From assembly GCA_040770465.1 (NCBI GenBank), contig JAXGJB010000004.1, positions 47,117-111,116 of the forward strand: a DNA stretch of 64,000 nt. The letters run 5' to 3'. Under the pieces are notes generated by a model. It ran no database searches, was not told the origin of the DNA, and saw only the letters and a program-made list of their open reading frames with translations. The stretch is from Methanothrix sp. (GTDB lineage: Archaea; Halobacteriota; Methanosarcinia; Methanotrichales; Methanotrichaceae). Shown here one piece after another: positions 1 to 10,217 of this stretch. Each line of letters opens with the position of its first letter. Position 1 is the first letter of the stretch. The translations under genes were made by a program, and so were the position numbers.

Positions 1-3000
1 ACCTTCTTTTTGCCCACCAGGTTCGATGGGTCAATGTCGTTCTCGAAGTCCGAGATGTTCAGCCCCTCGGCGGAGAAGTCGCGGACGTTCCCCGACATCC
101 TGTTATCTCTGAGGAGATTTCCTCCGGAATAGTTCAGAGACATGCCCAGGCCGTTATCCCGGGCCAGGTTGGAGGAGAGGAAGTTTCTTTGAGAGGACGC
201 GAGAGCGATCCCGGCCAGCTCGTTCTCCTGGACCTCGTTCGCTTCGAGGGTGTTGTTCTCCGATCCGGTTAGATTTATTCCCTCGCCGTTTCCGGTGGCG
301 GCGTTCCTGGCGACGAGGTTGCCGTCGGATTCGGTCAGGAAGATGCCCCTTGCGTCGTTATCGCTGAGCCTGTTTCCGACGACGATGCAGTCGGTGGAGC
401 CCTCGAGCCGGATCCCGTCGACATCGTCCCTGACGACGTTATCTTCCGCCCTGGACCGGGACGAGTTGTGGAAGTAGATCCCGTAGACGTTCTTTTCCAG
501 GGTCAGACCCCTGACGGTGACGTTGTCGCAGCGATAGCAGTAGACGACGCCAGCCTCCGACGAGGGGTCGATGACCTCGCCGGATGCTCCCACCAGGTAC
601 GCGATCGGCTTTCCGTCGACCCGGTTGGACCCATCGACGTCGTTATCGCCCGCGGCATAGAAGTTGCGGCGGTTCCCCTGCATATCGTTATATTCAAGCC
701 TATTATTCTCCGATTCGGATAAAAATATTCCGTAGTCATTTTCGCCGCCGATCCTGTTCTCTCTGAGGAGGTTATTGGATGAGCTGCTGAGATATATGCC
801 GTAGCTGTTCCCGCTGGCATTGTTCGCAAAGATGGCGATCTCTCTGGACCGGTTCAGGAGGATTCCCCTCCCGCGGTCGGTGAGGGTGTTCTTCTCCACC
901 CTCGATCCGGTGGTGTTGAAGAGGCTGATTCCGTCGCCGCCCCCCGTCAGCCAAAGGTCTCTTACGGTGATGTTGGTGCAGTTGATGCAGTAGACGGTGC
1001 CGGCATTGGAGGTGGGGTCCACCACCTCGCCCGATGCGTCCACCAGGTAGACGATCGCCTTTCCGTCGACGAGGTTTGAAGGATCGATATCGTTTCGGAG
1101 GTCCGAGAGTTTCTCGCCTTCCGCGGCGAAGTTGCAGCCGTTTCCTGCGAGGCTGTTGGATCTGAGCCTGTTCTCCCCCGAACCCCTCAGCAAAAGGCCC
1201 TCGTCATTATCGCTGGCGCTGTTTGCGGTGAGGGCGTTTTGAGCTGAGCGATCGAGGACGATTGCGCCATCGTTTTTGGCGACGACATTTTCGGATACGC
1301 TGCAGCTCCGGGAATCTTCGAGATGGATCCCCGGGCCGTCGTTCTCCTCGACATGGTTTCCTGAGACGTTGATCCGGCTTGAGTTTCTGAGGCTGAGGGC
1401 ACCTCGGTTTTTGCGGACCTCATTATCCCGGACGGCACACTCCTCCGACCGGTCCAGACGTATTCCGAGATCGTTGTCGTAGACAGCGTTTCCGGAGACG
1501 GTGATCTCTTCAGAGCCGTTGAGGAGGATTCCAGTTCCAGTTTCGGAGACCAGGTTCCCCTCGATCCTCGAGTTTGTTGTGTTGTGAAACGCGATCCCGA
1601 AGAAGTTGCCGGTCACGTTGAGACCCTTCGCGGTTATGTTGGTGCATCTGAGGCAGTATACCATCCCGGCGCCTGAGGAGGAATCCAGGGTTCTGTCCGA
1701 TTCGTCGACGAGGTATGCGATCGGCTTTCCGCTCACGAGGTTTGAAGAATCGATATCGTTATCTCCCTGGGCATAGAAGTCTCTGTCGTTCTCATCCATC
1801 AGGTTGAATCTCATCTCATTTTTCGTGGAGTTCTCGAGGATGATGCCGATCCCGTTTCCACGAACGCTGTTCTGGGTGAAAACGTTCATAGAAGAGTCGA
1901 GGGCCCAGATCCCCTCCTGCTCGTTCGCGTCGGCTACGTTGGCATCCAGGGCGTTTCTGGAGGAGGAGAAGAGCTGGATTCCCGCCCGGCTTCGGCTCGC
2001 CTCGTTCGCTTCGAGGACGTTTCTTTGCGACTGATTGAGGCGGACCCCGATCCAGCTGTTGCTGGCGTTGTTCTCCTCGATGACGTTCTCGCTTGAGCCT
2101 TGAACCAGATAGATGCCGATGTACTCGCTATCGTTCGCTTCGTTGTCGGAGACGGTGTTTTTGCTTGAGGAGTTGAGGTGTATGCCGACCCCGTTTCTGG
2201 CGACGTCGTTTCCTTCGATGAGGTTTTCATCGCTGGAATTTTCAAGGTCGATCCCCACGAAGTTGACCTCGGCCGAGTTGGATGTGACGTTGTTCTTCGA
2301 AGACGATCTTAAGACGATCCCGTAGGAGTTGTTGAAGATATCGTTTGATTCGATCTTGTTTTGACCTGAGCCGTCGAGGAAGGCTCCGTTCTCGTTGTCG
2401 CTGAAGTTGTTCTTCAGCGCGGAGTTGTTGGAGGAGTCCTGGAAAAAGAGGCCGTTCCAGCAATCCTTGGCAAGGTTTCCTTCCGCCCTCGAGTTTCTGG
2501 TGTTCTGGAAGTATATCCCGTAGATGTTGTTATTGAGGGTGAGATCCTCCACGGATACGTTATCGCAGTTGATGCAGTAGACGGTGCCGGCGTTGCTGGC
2601 AGGTCCCAGAACTTCCCCTGAGACGTTCACCAGGTAATAGACGATCTTTCCGTCGACGGTATTGGTGGTGTCGACGTCGTTCTCTCCGCCGGCGCGGAAG
2701 TTGTACCTGTTCTTTGCCATCAGGTTCTCGTTCAGCCTGCATCTTATCGAGCCTGATAGGTAGATCCCGTAATGGTTGGCTTCTGCCAAATTTCCGGCGA
2801 TGACGGAGTCAGAGGAGTTTCGGAAGAAGAAACCCCACCTGTTCTTGGTGGCCTCGTTCTCGTTCAGGAGGTTTTGGCCCGAGTCCTCAAAGACCATCCC
2901 TTTCTTCTCGTTCGCTATAGCGGAGTTCTCTTCGACGGCGTTCTTCCGGGATTGGTATAGAGAGAGTCCATTCTCATTCTGTTCGAGCCGATTTTTGGCG

Positions 3001-4376
3001 ATCTCGTTATTCGACGAGTTTCGAAGGGCGACCCCTTCCCCGCGATTGGTGTTCGCCTCGTTCTCCCGGATGGTGTTGTTCTCCGAATCGGCGAGTTTTA
3101 CCCCGCAGTCGTTATCCCAGGCGACGCTTCCGGAAACGAGGTTTCGGTGGGACGATACCAGGGATATACCGTCAGCAACGTTATACGAAACCGAATTTCC
3201 CAGGAGGGAGTTCCCGCTGGAGCTGGCCAGGTAGATCCCGTTCTCGTTTCCGCTTATCCGGTTGTTCTCGATCCTCGATCCGGTGGTGTTGTAAAGGTAG
3301 ATGCCGTGGGTGTTATTGTTAAGCGTGAGATTTCTCACCGTGATGTTTACGCAGTCTATGCAAAAGACGGCCCCCGCCTCCGAGGCCGAATCGATGACGA
3401 GGTCTGATCGCTTTACGAGATAGACTATCGGCTTTCCGTTCACCAGGTTGCTCTCGTCGATATCGTTATTGCCTCCGGCCCCGAAGTTGAACCGGTTTTC
3501 ACATATCAGGTTCTCTCTCATCCTGTTGTTGAAAGACGAGATCAGAACGATCCCCTGATTTTGGTTATCGTTGAAGTCGTTTCCCTCGATCTCGTTATTG
3601 TTGGAGAAGGTGAAACCGGCGCCGTAATTTCTGTTATCGGACACGTCGTTATGGATGAAGACGTTCCCATCGGATCTGTAGGTCTGAATGCCGTTAAAAT
3701 TTTTGCTTACTGTATTGTTCGATATTGTGTTCTCGTTGCTCTCATTCCAGAGAAGAAGGCCGACCTGGTTATCGAGGAGGCTGTTATTGTAAAGGACGTT
3801 CTCGTCGCTTCCGTTCCAGATGCCGATCCCGCACAGCTTGTTATCTCTCGCCTCGTTCTCCCAGATATCGTTATCTCCTCCTCCCTCCAGATAGATGGCG
3901 TGCTTTCTGTTCTGACTTATGAAGTTCTTTGATATCTCGCTGCCGCTGGCCCTTTCGAGGCATATGCCGGACCCGCCGTTTGATCTGATCTCGCTATCGG
4001 TTATGGAGACGTTAGCCGAGGTGACCCTGATCCCTGCATCGCCGGGACCGGTGCCGGAGTTCGTCACCACTAGCCCCTCGATGACGGCGCCGTCGGCCGA
4101 GACGGTTATGGAGGATCCTGCACCCCCAGCGTCGATCACCGGCTTTCCGCCGCCGGTGTCCAGGCCCCTGAGGGTCACGGCCCTGTCCACAACCAGGTTT
4201 TTGATATAGACTCCGCTCTCAACCTCGATGACATCTCCATCCGTCGCGTCGTCAATGGCGGCCTGGAGGAGGTCGCCGGGGCTGACGCCGATGGTGGACG
4301 CCTTCCCCGTCCCGGAGAGGAGAGCGGCCACCAAAATAATAATAAATATATTTACATACTTGATATAATGATCCAC
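1..4376 (-). CDS. Large secreted/cell-surface right-handed parallel beta-helix (NosD/CASH) repeat protein, >1458 aa, 3' end outside window
   Basis: Not in the ORF track because no stop lies in the window. GTG at 4376 after a GAGGT RBS gives MDHYIKYVNIFIIILVAALLSGTGKASTIGVSPGDLLQAAIDDATDGDVIEVESGVY (signal peptide plus NosD-type start). The same frame reads NLVGKKK at positions 3-23. NDIDxSNLVxGKPIxYLV modules recur. Confidence 0.85.
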   Translation of the reverse strand, partial: MDHYIKYVNIFIIILVAALLSGTGKASTIGVSPGDLLQAAIDDATDGDVIEVESGVYIKNLVVDRAVTLRGLDTGGGKPVIDAGGAGSSITVSADGAVIEGLVVTNSGTGPGDAGIRVTSANVSITDSEIRSNGGSGICLERASGSEISKNFISQNRKHAIYLEGGGDNDIWENEARDNKLCGIGIWNGSDENVLYNNSLLDNQVGLLLWNESNENTISNNTVSKNFNGIQTYRSDGNVFIHNDVSDNRNYGAGFTFSNNNEIEGNDFNDNQNQGIVLISSFNNRMRENLICENRFNFGAGGNNDIDESNLVNGKPIVYLVKRSDLVIDSASEAGAVFCIDCVNITVRNLTLNNNTHGIYLYNTTGSRIENNRISGNENGIYLASSSGNSLLGNSVSYNVADGISLVSSHRNLVSGSVAWDNDCGVKLADSENNTIRENEANTNRGEGVALRNSSNNEIAKNRLEQNENGLSLYQSRKNAVEENSAIANEKKGMVFEDSGQNLLNENEATKNRWGFFFRNSSDSVIAGNLAEANHYGIYLSGSIRCRLNENLMAKNRYNFRAGGENDVDTTNTVDGKIVYYLVNVSGEVLGPASNAGTVYCINCDNVSVEDLTLNNNIYGIYFQNTRNSRAEGNLAKDCWNGLFFQDSSNNSALKNNFSDNENGAFLDGSGQNKIESNDIFNNSYGIVLRSSSKNNVTSNSAEVNFVGIDLENSSDENLIEGNDVARNGVGIHLNSSSKNTVSDNEANDSEYIGIYLVQGSSENVIEENNASNSWIGVRLNQSQRNVLEANEASRSRAGIQLFSSSRNALDANVADANEQEGIWALDSSMNVFTQNSVRGNGIGIILENSTKNEMRFNLMDENDRDFYAQGDNDIDSSNLVSGKPIAYLVDESDRTLDSSSGAGMVYCLRCTNITAKGLNVTGNFFGIAFHNTTNSRIEGNLVSETGTGILLNGSEEITVSGNAVYDNDLGIRLDRSEECAVRDNEVRKNRGALSLRNSSRINVSGNHVEENDGPGIHLEDSRSCSVSENVVAKNDGAIVLDRSAQNALTANSASDNDEGLLLRGSGENRLRSNSLAGNGCNFAAEGEKLSDLRNDIDPSNLVDGKAIVYLVDASGEVVDPTSNAGTVYCINCTNITVRDLWLTGGGDGISLFNTTGSRVEKNTLTDRGRGILLNRSREIAIFANNASGNSYGIYLSSSSNNLLRENRIGGENDYGIFLSESENNRLEYNDMQGNRRNFYAAGDNDVDGSNRVDGKPIAYLVGASGEVIDPSSEAGVVYCYRCDNVTVRGLTLEKNVYGIYFHNSSRSRAEDNVVRDDVDGIRLEGSTDCIVVGNRLSDNDARGIFLTESDGNLVARNAATGNGEGINLTGSENNTLEANEVQENELAGIALASSQRNFLSSNLARDNGLGMSLNYSGGNLLRDNRMSGNVRDFSAEGLNISDFENDIDPSNLVGKKK

Positions 4377-4489
4377 CGCCGTTTACCTCAAAGGTAATCG
4401 TATCCCTGAGTATAAAACGTTTTTTGGAGGTTGAGGGCATGGGTCACCAGTTTATATAATAATCTGAGACAACTATGCGAGCGATCGCC

Positions 4490-5662
4490 TCAGCACGGTT
4501 GAAGGACGAACTCTGCAAAGCACCTGACGCGCTCTCCCTCGGAGGTGATCCCCGAGACTGATACGCTGTTATTCAGATGATCAGAGAGGGGCATCTCCAC
4601 CGTCTGGTTTGCGCTGAGATTGATCCTCTCATCCGGCATCAGGGTGAGGTTTATGAAGACCGGGCCGCCGCCGACGGAGTCGGTGAGATTGAGCACGGTT
4701 ATCGGAAGGTCGCCGAGGTTCTCGACGTTGTAGTTGTAGACCACTACCTCACCGATATCTGCACAGGACCTGCTGGCAGTTACCGTGAGGTCGAGCTTGG
4801 GGAGGATAAGGCGAACGGTGGCAGCTTTTGAGTCCTGGGCAAGGTTGCCCTGAAAGTCGGCGGCTGTGGCCTGGATCGAGTCGTTGAGGGGGCCTGGAAG
4901 ATCTTCTCTTGATACGATGAAGCTTGAGGTGGCGGTGGCAGTCTCGCCGGGGTTGAGATCTGCCCTGCTGAGGGGGACTGGTCCTACCCTCGAATCGACG
5001 AGGGTGATCCCCTGGACCGGGAGGGTTCCGACGTTGGCGATCGTGTAGTTTCTGGTAACTTCGGCACCGACCTCGACGGTGCAAAACCCGGGGACGACAG
5101 AGAGCTCGATGGCGGGCCTCCGGTCGGCGAGGTCGCCGAACTGAATCGAGCTATCGATCTCGAAAGTTCCGGTGTACCTCTGATGAGAGCTGACGTCCCT
5201 TGCGAAGACCTGGTGCATGTTGGAGGCCGTCATGTAGGTGCCGTTGAAGCTGATCCTGGTGTCGGTGCCGACGAGCTCTGAGCCCCCTGTTCCGAGGACG
5301 GTCATCTCCTCTTTCTCCATCTCGGTGGCAGAGAAGGCCTCCAGTATGGAGGTCCTAGTCCCGCTGAAGGGTGAGCCGATCTCGATCCGCTTAATCCCCA
5401 CCAGGGGCGCGTCTCCGGAGTAGGAGAGGCTGAAGGCCTTCGACGAAGTGCCGTTATCGAGGTTATGGCCCTCCTTTGACGCCCCGATCTGAAGGCTGCC
5501 GTCTCCGGTCATGGAGTTGAAGCTCTCAAAGCCATCCATCCGGTTCTCGACGGATCTGCTGATGTCCACCTCTCCGGTTCCGCTCACCCAGCCGCCGGCC
5601 GGGCAGGATGCCGCCAATAAGCCCACTCCCAGCAGCAAGAAGACGAGACCCCTTCCCTTCAT
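4490..5662 (-). CDS. Secreted protein with two C-terminal DUF11/DUF7507-like Ig-fold repeats
   Basis: 390-aa ORF, hydrophobic N-terminus, two (V/Y)xYxIxNxG...LxDS motifs. Confidence 0.7.
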   Translation of the reverse strand: MKGRGLVFLLLGVGLLAASCPAGGWVSGTGEVDISRSVENRMDGFESFNSMTGDGSLQIGASKEGHNLDNGTSSKAFSLSYSGDAPLVGIKRIEIGSPFSGTRTSILEAFSATEMEKEEMTVLGTGGSELVGTDTRISFNGTYMTASNMHQVFARDVSSHQRYTGTFEIDSSIQFGDLADRRPAIELSVVPGFCTVEVGAEVTRNYTIANVGTLPVQGITLVDSRVGPVPLSRADLNPGETATATSSFIVSREDLPGPLNDSIQATAADFQGNLAQDSKAATVRLILPKLDLTVTASRSCADIGEVVVYNYNVENLGDLPITVLNLTDSVGGGPVFINLTLMPDERINLSANQTVEMPLSDHLNNSVSVSGITSEGERVRCFAEFVLQPC

Positions 5663-5879
5663 GCTCTATTTTCCTTCCTCGATCCTTTAAGATGGTGGCG
5701 GTGTAAGGAGATCGGTTCGGCCCCCGATTCGTCTCAGAGGAGATGAAAAAGGCAAGAAATGGAAGCGGAACGAAAAATGTGATATCCGGCTGGCGGATGA
5801 AAGAAAAGATTTACTGTCCTAAAACCGTCCTAAATGAAAAAATTATAAATAGTGGCGCTAAATCTCGCCGCCGATCCGA

Positions 5880-6890
5880 CTACCACATCCCCCCGTAGGC
5901 GTAGGCGGTGGCGGCGGGCTCGACCTTCAGGATAACCGCCTGGCCCCGCTCGTAGAACCTCGTCTTTTCATACGGCCACTCGCCGTCCCATGCCCTGATG
6001 GTGTGCCACTGATTGCCAACGACTTTCAGCCTGTAGATCCCGTCGAGGGCGTCTCCTCCCTGCCCTTCGGTCCCGACGTAGTTCTCGTCGAGGTAGACGT
6101 CGTAGCCCCTCATGAACTGGGACTGCAGAGTGACGCTGACGTCACCGTAGGTGGGAGCGGGTGTGGTGGCGGGCGTGATGTCCGGTATAGTGGTCGTCGT
6201 AGCCGCGCCTTGCCCGGTACCAGCGGTGTTTCCGGTCGTCTCCGGGGCCCATTCCTCGCCTGCGTCGATGATGACGACGTTGCTCGGCTGGTTGTTGGCG
6301 ACGAAGAACAGCGCATACCTCCCCTCTTCGGCGGCGAAGAAGCTCATCCTGTCATAGGTGGCGAGGGTATACGGGGTGATTGAAGTGTTGCCCGACGGCG
6401 AGATCTCGTAATAGTACGCCGAACCGCCTGCCGGAGTGGTGGTGACCAGCTGAAGCCAGGTTCCCACAGGACAGGCCGTATACCTCGTCCAGGCCGTCTC
6501 CCCCTCGATCCACAGGGCGTTAGAGCCGGTGTACATATCTGAGGATATGTACTCGGAGTACGGCACCGTCTGCCAGCCGAAGTAGAGGAGGTTTGGCTCG
6601 TTTCCTGTTATGGTGAAGCCGACGGGGCCTTGATCCAGCGGCGAGACCTCATCCTCGGTGAAGAAGTACTGGTAGTATCGATTGTATGTGAAGCTGGAAC
6701 TCGTGGTGAAGCCGTAGGCCTCCGTCGAACCGGTGCTGCGGAAGACCTCGGCGCCGTAGCTCAGATAATCATCCCAGGGCTCTTCGATCTCCACATCCTG
6801 ACCTGAGCCTTCGACGGCCTGGGCCAAACCCAGGCAAAGAAATATGGCAAGTAACGCTATTGTCCCACTCCTCGGTTTCATGAATAACAC
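5880..6890 (-). CDS. Secreted hypothetical protein with Thr/Pro-rich linker
   Basis: 336-aa ORF, signal peptide ending AQA, linker TTTTIPDITPATTPAPT. Confidence 0.7.
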   Translation of the reverse strand: MLFMKPRSGTIALLAIFLCLGLAQAVEGSGQDVEIEEPWDDYLSYGAEVFRSTGSTEAYGFTTSSSFTYNRYYQYFFTEDEVSPLDQGPVGFTITGNEPNLLYFGWQTVPYSEYISSDMYTGSNALWIEGETAWTRYTACPVGTWLQLVTTTPAGGSAYYYEISPSGNTSITPYTLATYDRMSFFAAEEGRYALFFVANNQPSNVVIIDAGEEWAPETTGNTAGTGQGAATTTTIPDITPATTPAPTYGDVSVTLQSQFMRGYDVYLDENYVGTEGQGGDALDGIYRLKVVGNQWHTIRAWDGEWPYEKTRFYERGQAVILKVEPAATAYAYGGMW

Positions 6891-6926
6891 CGGAGATGGA
6901 GGACGACCCTCCGGATAGTAAAGATT

Positions 6927-7676
6927 TTGGTGGGGGAGCGCCGTGTAGGTCCCATGCCTTCAGCCCCCACTCCAGAAACTGAAGATGGTAGAGCTGGATG
7001 TCGGAAGGAGGACCTCCTCGCCTGGAACCGGGAGTACCGGGATAAGGGGAGGATCTGGCGGGGCGCGGCGCCGAAGCTACCCGACCTTCCGGCCGGGTCG
7101 AGGGTTCTGGAGCTTGGGTGCGGGAACGGAAAGACCCTCGCTGCGATGCTGAGATGCCCCTGGAGGATCGCTGCCCTGGACCTCTCTCCCCTGGCGGTGA
7201 GGCTCGGAAGGGATGGAGCGGCGGGGCTTTTGGCCGGTTCCGGCCCGGCCGAGTCGGTCCGGCCTCGGCGATCCCTCGGCGCCGACTTCGTCGCGGCCGA
7301 CGCCGTATCGCTTCCGTTCAGAGCATCGACCTTCGATGCGGTCTTCGCCTTCCACGTCATAGGCCACCTCCGCGAAGAGGGGCGCAGCCAGGCGGCACAG
7401 GAGGCGGCGCGGGTCCTGAAGCCGAGCGGCCGCCTCTTCTTCCTCGAGTTCGGGGTCGAGGACATGAGAATGGGGAAGGGGGAGGAGGTGGAGCCTATGA
7501 CATTCAGGAGGGGTGGAGGCGTTCTGACCCACTACTTCGCCGAGGGCGAGGTGCTGGAGATCTTCGAGGTGCTCCGGCAGGTCTCGATCGTGACCGATCG
7601 GAGGATCACCCGGATCATGGGAAAAGACCATCTCCGGTCGGAGGTCGAGGCGGAGTTCATAAAGGTTGAGGGGTGA
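6927..7676 (+). CDS. Class I SAM-dependent methyltransferase
   Basis: VLELGCGNG motif I, ADAVSLPF and FDAV motifs; true start may be downstream. Confidence 0.85.
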   Translation: MVGERRVGPMPSAPTPETEDGRAGCRKEDLLAWNREYRDKGRIWRGAAPKLPDLPAGSRVLELGCGNGKTLAAMLRCPWRIAALDLSPLAVRLGRDGAAGLLAGSGPAESVRPRRSLGADFVAADAVSLPFRASTFDAVFAFHVIGHLREEGRSQAAQEAARVLKPSGRLFFLEFGVEDMRMGKGEEVEPMTFRRGGGVLTHYFAEGEVLEIFEVLRQVSIVTDRRITRIMGKDHLRSEVEAEFIKVEG

Positions 7677-7685
7677 AGAGGCATC

Positions 7686-8957
7686 ATGGAGCGTTCCTTC
7701 TCCGAGATCAGAGCCAAGGCAGACAGGGGGGAGGCGGTCGTCCTCACCGCCATGGAGGTGCGTAAAATCCTCGACGATGGGGAGAGGCTGACCACCGAGG
7801 ACGTCGACGTCGTGACATGCGCCACCAGAGCGGTGATGAGCGGGACCTACGCCGTCCTCTCCTTCCCGGTGGCATCACCCGGCTCCTTTCTCAGGGCGAA
7901 GAGAGCCTGGCTAAACGGCGTTCCCGCCGAGGTGGGCCCCTGCCCCAACGAGCGGCTGGGGATCGTCGACCTGATCGTCTTAGGGACTGCCTCCAGCAGG
8001 GATGATCCGAAGTACGGTGGAGGCCACCTCTTCCGGGACCTGGTCGAGGGAAAGAGCGTCTCCGTCGGGGTGGAGACGGACGCCGGGGACGGCTTCAGGG
8101 CTGATGTGAGCCTCGCCGATATGCAGCAGGCGCGGCTCTTTGGGACCCGCCACTCTTTCAAGAACTATTCGGCCTTCGTCAATCCCGGCGACGAGAGGGT
8201 TGCAAGCATCTTCCACGCCACCCTCTTCGACCCCTGCTGGAACGGCGCCTCAGTCTCCGGCTGCGGCCACATGAGCCCCGTCCAAAACGACCCAAGTCTC
8301 GAAACGATCGGCATCGGGACGAGGGTCTTGATCAACGGGGCTGAGGGGTTCGTCCTCGGTGCGGGAACCCGCAGCACCCTCGCGAGGCCGAACCTATCGG
8401 GGTTTGCAGACATGGCCAAAATGGACCCGGAGTACATGGGGGGCTTTGTCACCTCCTCTGGCCCCGAGTGCATATCGTCGTGGGCTGTCCCGATCCCGAT
8501 AACAAGCGAAGCGATCCTTGAGAGCGTCTCCGCCTCCGACGGGTCGATACCCCTCCCGGTGATGGACGTCGTCAGCAGAAGAGAGATCGGTCAGGCGAGC
8601 TACGGCGACGTCTGGGAGGAGGTCGATCTCGAGGTGAGGTTTGACCCCGAGGCGTGTAAGAGGTGCACCCAGTGCATCCCCGAAGCGATCTGCCCGATGG
8701 GGGCCATAGGCTTTAGAGACTGGAAGCCCACCCTCGACCGAAAAAAATGCTTCAACTGCGGCCTCTGCTCGACATCTTGCGTTGGGGAGGTCTTCAGAGC
8801 TCACCTCGGCTCACTCCGATTCAGCGGTCGAGAGGTCCCCATCGTGGTCAGGCAGTCCGATCGGCTCAGGGCGGAGAGGCTTGCAGAAGATCTGAAGAGG
8901 AGGATCCTAGACCGCGGGTTCAGGATGACGGAGATGGTGGAGCGGATCTCGCCATGA
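7686..8957 (+). CDS. comF: Methanogenesis marker 16 metalloprotein (DUF39 family plus ferredoxin domain; proposed coenzyme M synthase ComF)
   Basis: VDVVTCATRAVMSGT and GPCPNERLG motifs; Fe-S motifs CKRCTQC...CP and CFNCGLC...C; adjacent to comDE. Confidence 0.8.
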   Translation: MERSFSEIRAKADRGEAVVLTAMEVRKILDDGERLTTEDVDVVTCATRAVMSGTYAVLSFPVASPGSFLRAKRAWLNGVPAEVGPCPNERLGIVDLIVLGTASSRDDPKYGGGHLFRDLVEGKSVSVGVETDAGDGFRADVSLADMQQARLFGTRHSFKNYSAFVNPGDERVASIFHATLFDPCWNGASVSGCGHMSPVQNDPSLETIGIGTRVLINGAEGFVLGAGTRSTLARPNLSGFADMAKMDPEYMGGFVTSSGPECISSWAVPIPITSEAILESVSASDGSIPLPVMDVVSRREIGQASYGDVWEEVDLEVRFDPEACKRCTQCIPEAICPMGAIGFRDWKPTLDRKKCFNCGLCSTSCVGEVFRAHLGSLRFSGREVPIVVRQSDRLRAERLAEDLKRRILDRGFRMTEMVERISP

Positions 8958-9483
8958 ACCGACGGATGATCTCCTCTGGGGATAGATCGATCACCGGGAC
9001 GTCGGCGTTTCCGATCTCGACCTTGACCACCAGGACGCCCCTCTCGACGAGGCAGTCTCGAAGCTCCTCCGGCGTTGCTGCGACCCTCACCTCGTTTCCG
9101 GCGCCTCTCGCGATCCGGGCGAGGTCCGCCCTCCTGCAGGTGCAGGTCGGCTGGCATCCGGTGGAGCCGTAGCAGCCGTTGTCCAGGATGATCAGGAGGT
9201 AGTTTTTCGGGCTCTGATCGGCGATGGTGGCGAGGCTTCCCAGGTTCATCAGGACGGAGCCGTCGCCGTCGATGGCTACGACCCTCCGGTCCGGTCGGGC
9301 GAGGGCGAGGCCCAGGCCGATGGACGAGGCAAGGCCCATCGACCCGAGCATGTAAAAGTTCGATGGCCGATCGCCGACTGCGTATAATTCTCGGGAAGGA
9401 TAGCCGATGTTTCCCACCAGAAGGGCGTCCATGGACTCGGCTCCTTGAGCGATGATGGCGATGGCGTCGATCCTCTTCATCAT
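8920..9483 (-). CDS. comE: Sulfopyruvate decarboxylase beta subunit
   Basis: NIGYPSREL, NFYMLGSMG and TPP motif DGDGS...N; overlaps the comD stop. Confidence 0.92.
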   Translation of the reverse strand: MMKRIDAIAIIAQGAESMDALLVGNIGYPSRELYAVGDRPSNFYMLGSMGLASSIGLGLALARPDRRVVAIDGDGSVLMNLGSLATIADQSPKNYLLIILDNGCYGSTGCQPTCTCRRADLARIARGAGNEVRVAATPEELRDCLVERGVLVVKVEIGNADVPVIDLSPEEIIRRFMARSAPPSPSS

Positions 9484-9992
9484 AAAGAGCGACCCCTCCA
9501 GAACCGGATATCCAGCAGCACTGCCGCTGGCGTGCCGTCGGCCCAGGCGATCTTTGCGGCCTGGGCCACGATATCTTCGGCCTCTGAGGGGTCGGGCGCG
9601 AACCGGGGGATCTCCATGGCCTCGAGGAGCTTCGGCGTCATCCTCCCCATGGGGACCTGGCCCGCTATCGTCTCACCCTCGCCACCCCGATGGCTGATGA
9701 TCAAAAGGAGCGGAATCCTGTAGAGGCCGTTCAGAGAGGCGAGGGCGTTGATGCTGTTTCCAAGCCCCGAGTTCTGCATCAGGAGGGCGGGCCTCTTGCC
9801 GCCGAGATATGCCCCTGCGCATATCCCCACCCCCTCCTCCTCCCGGGTGGCGGGGACGTGAGTTGTATCCGGGTCGGAGGCCGCGATGGCGATGAGCCTA
9901 TCGAGGTTGACGCAAGGGACGCTGGCGACGAAGTCTATGCCCGCCCGCTTCATCCCTGCATATACGGCCCGGCTGGGATCGATGCCGTTCAT
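9480..9992 (-). CDS. comD: Sulfopyruvate decarboxylase alpha subunit
   Basis: SVPC, TREEEGVGICAGAYL and MQNSGLGN motifs; start placed at ATG 9992 (track starts at 10064). Confidence 0.92.
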   Translation of the reverse strand: MNGIDPSRAVYAGMKRAGIDFVASVPCVNLDRLIAIAASDPDTTHVPATREEEGVGICAGAYLGGKRPALLMQNSGLGNSINALASLNGLYRIPLLLIISHRGGEGETIAGQVPMGRMTPKLLEAMEIPRFAPDPSEAEDIVAQAAKIAWADGTPAAVLLDIRFWRGRSL

Positions 9993-10217
9993 TCCGATCC
10001 TGATATTGATACCATCATTTAAATGTTGATCTCGATCCATTCTCGACCAGGTCTTCGGAATCATCTTCGCGGCCCTGTCTTCAGAACTCCTCTCGACCCG
10101 GTCCTCAGAGGCATCCTCTGACCCGGAGTCGGAGATCCATAGATGGGGTCTTGCGGTAAAGGTAAAGGCCGGAAGGAAAAATAGAATGGGGGATTTGAAG
10201 GACGGAAGAGGCGGCCT

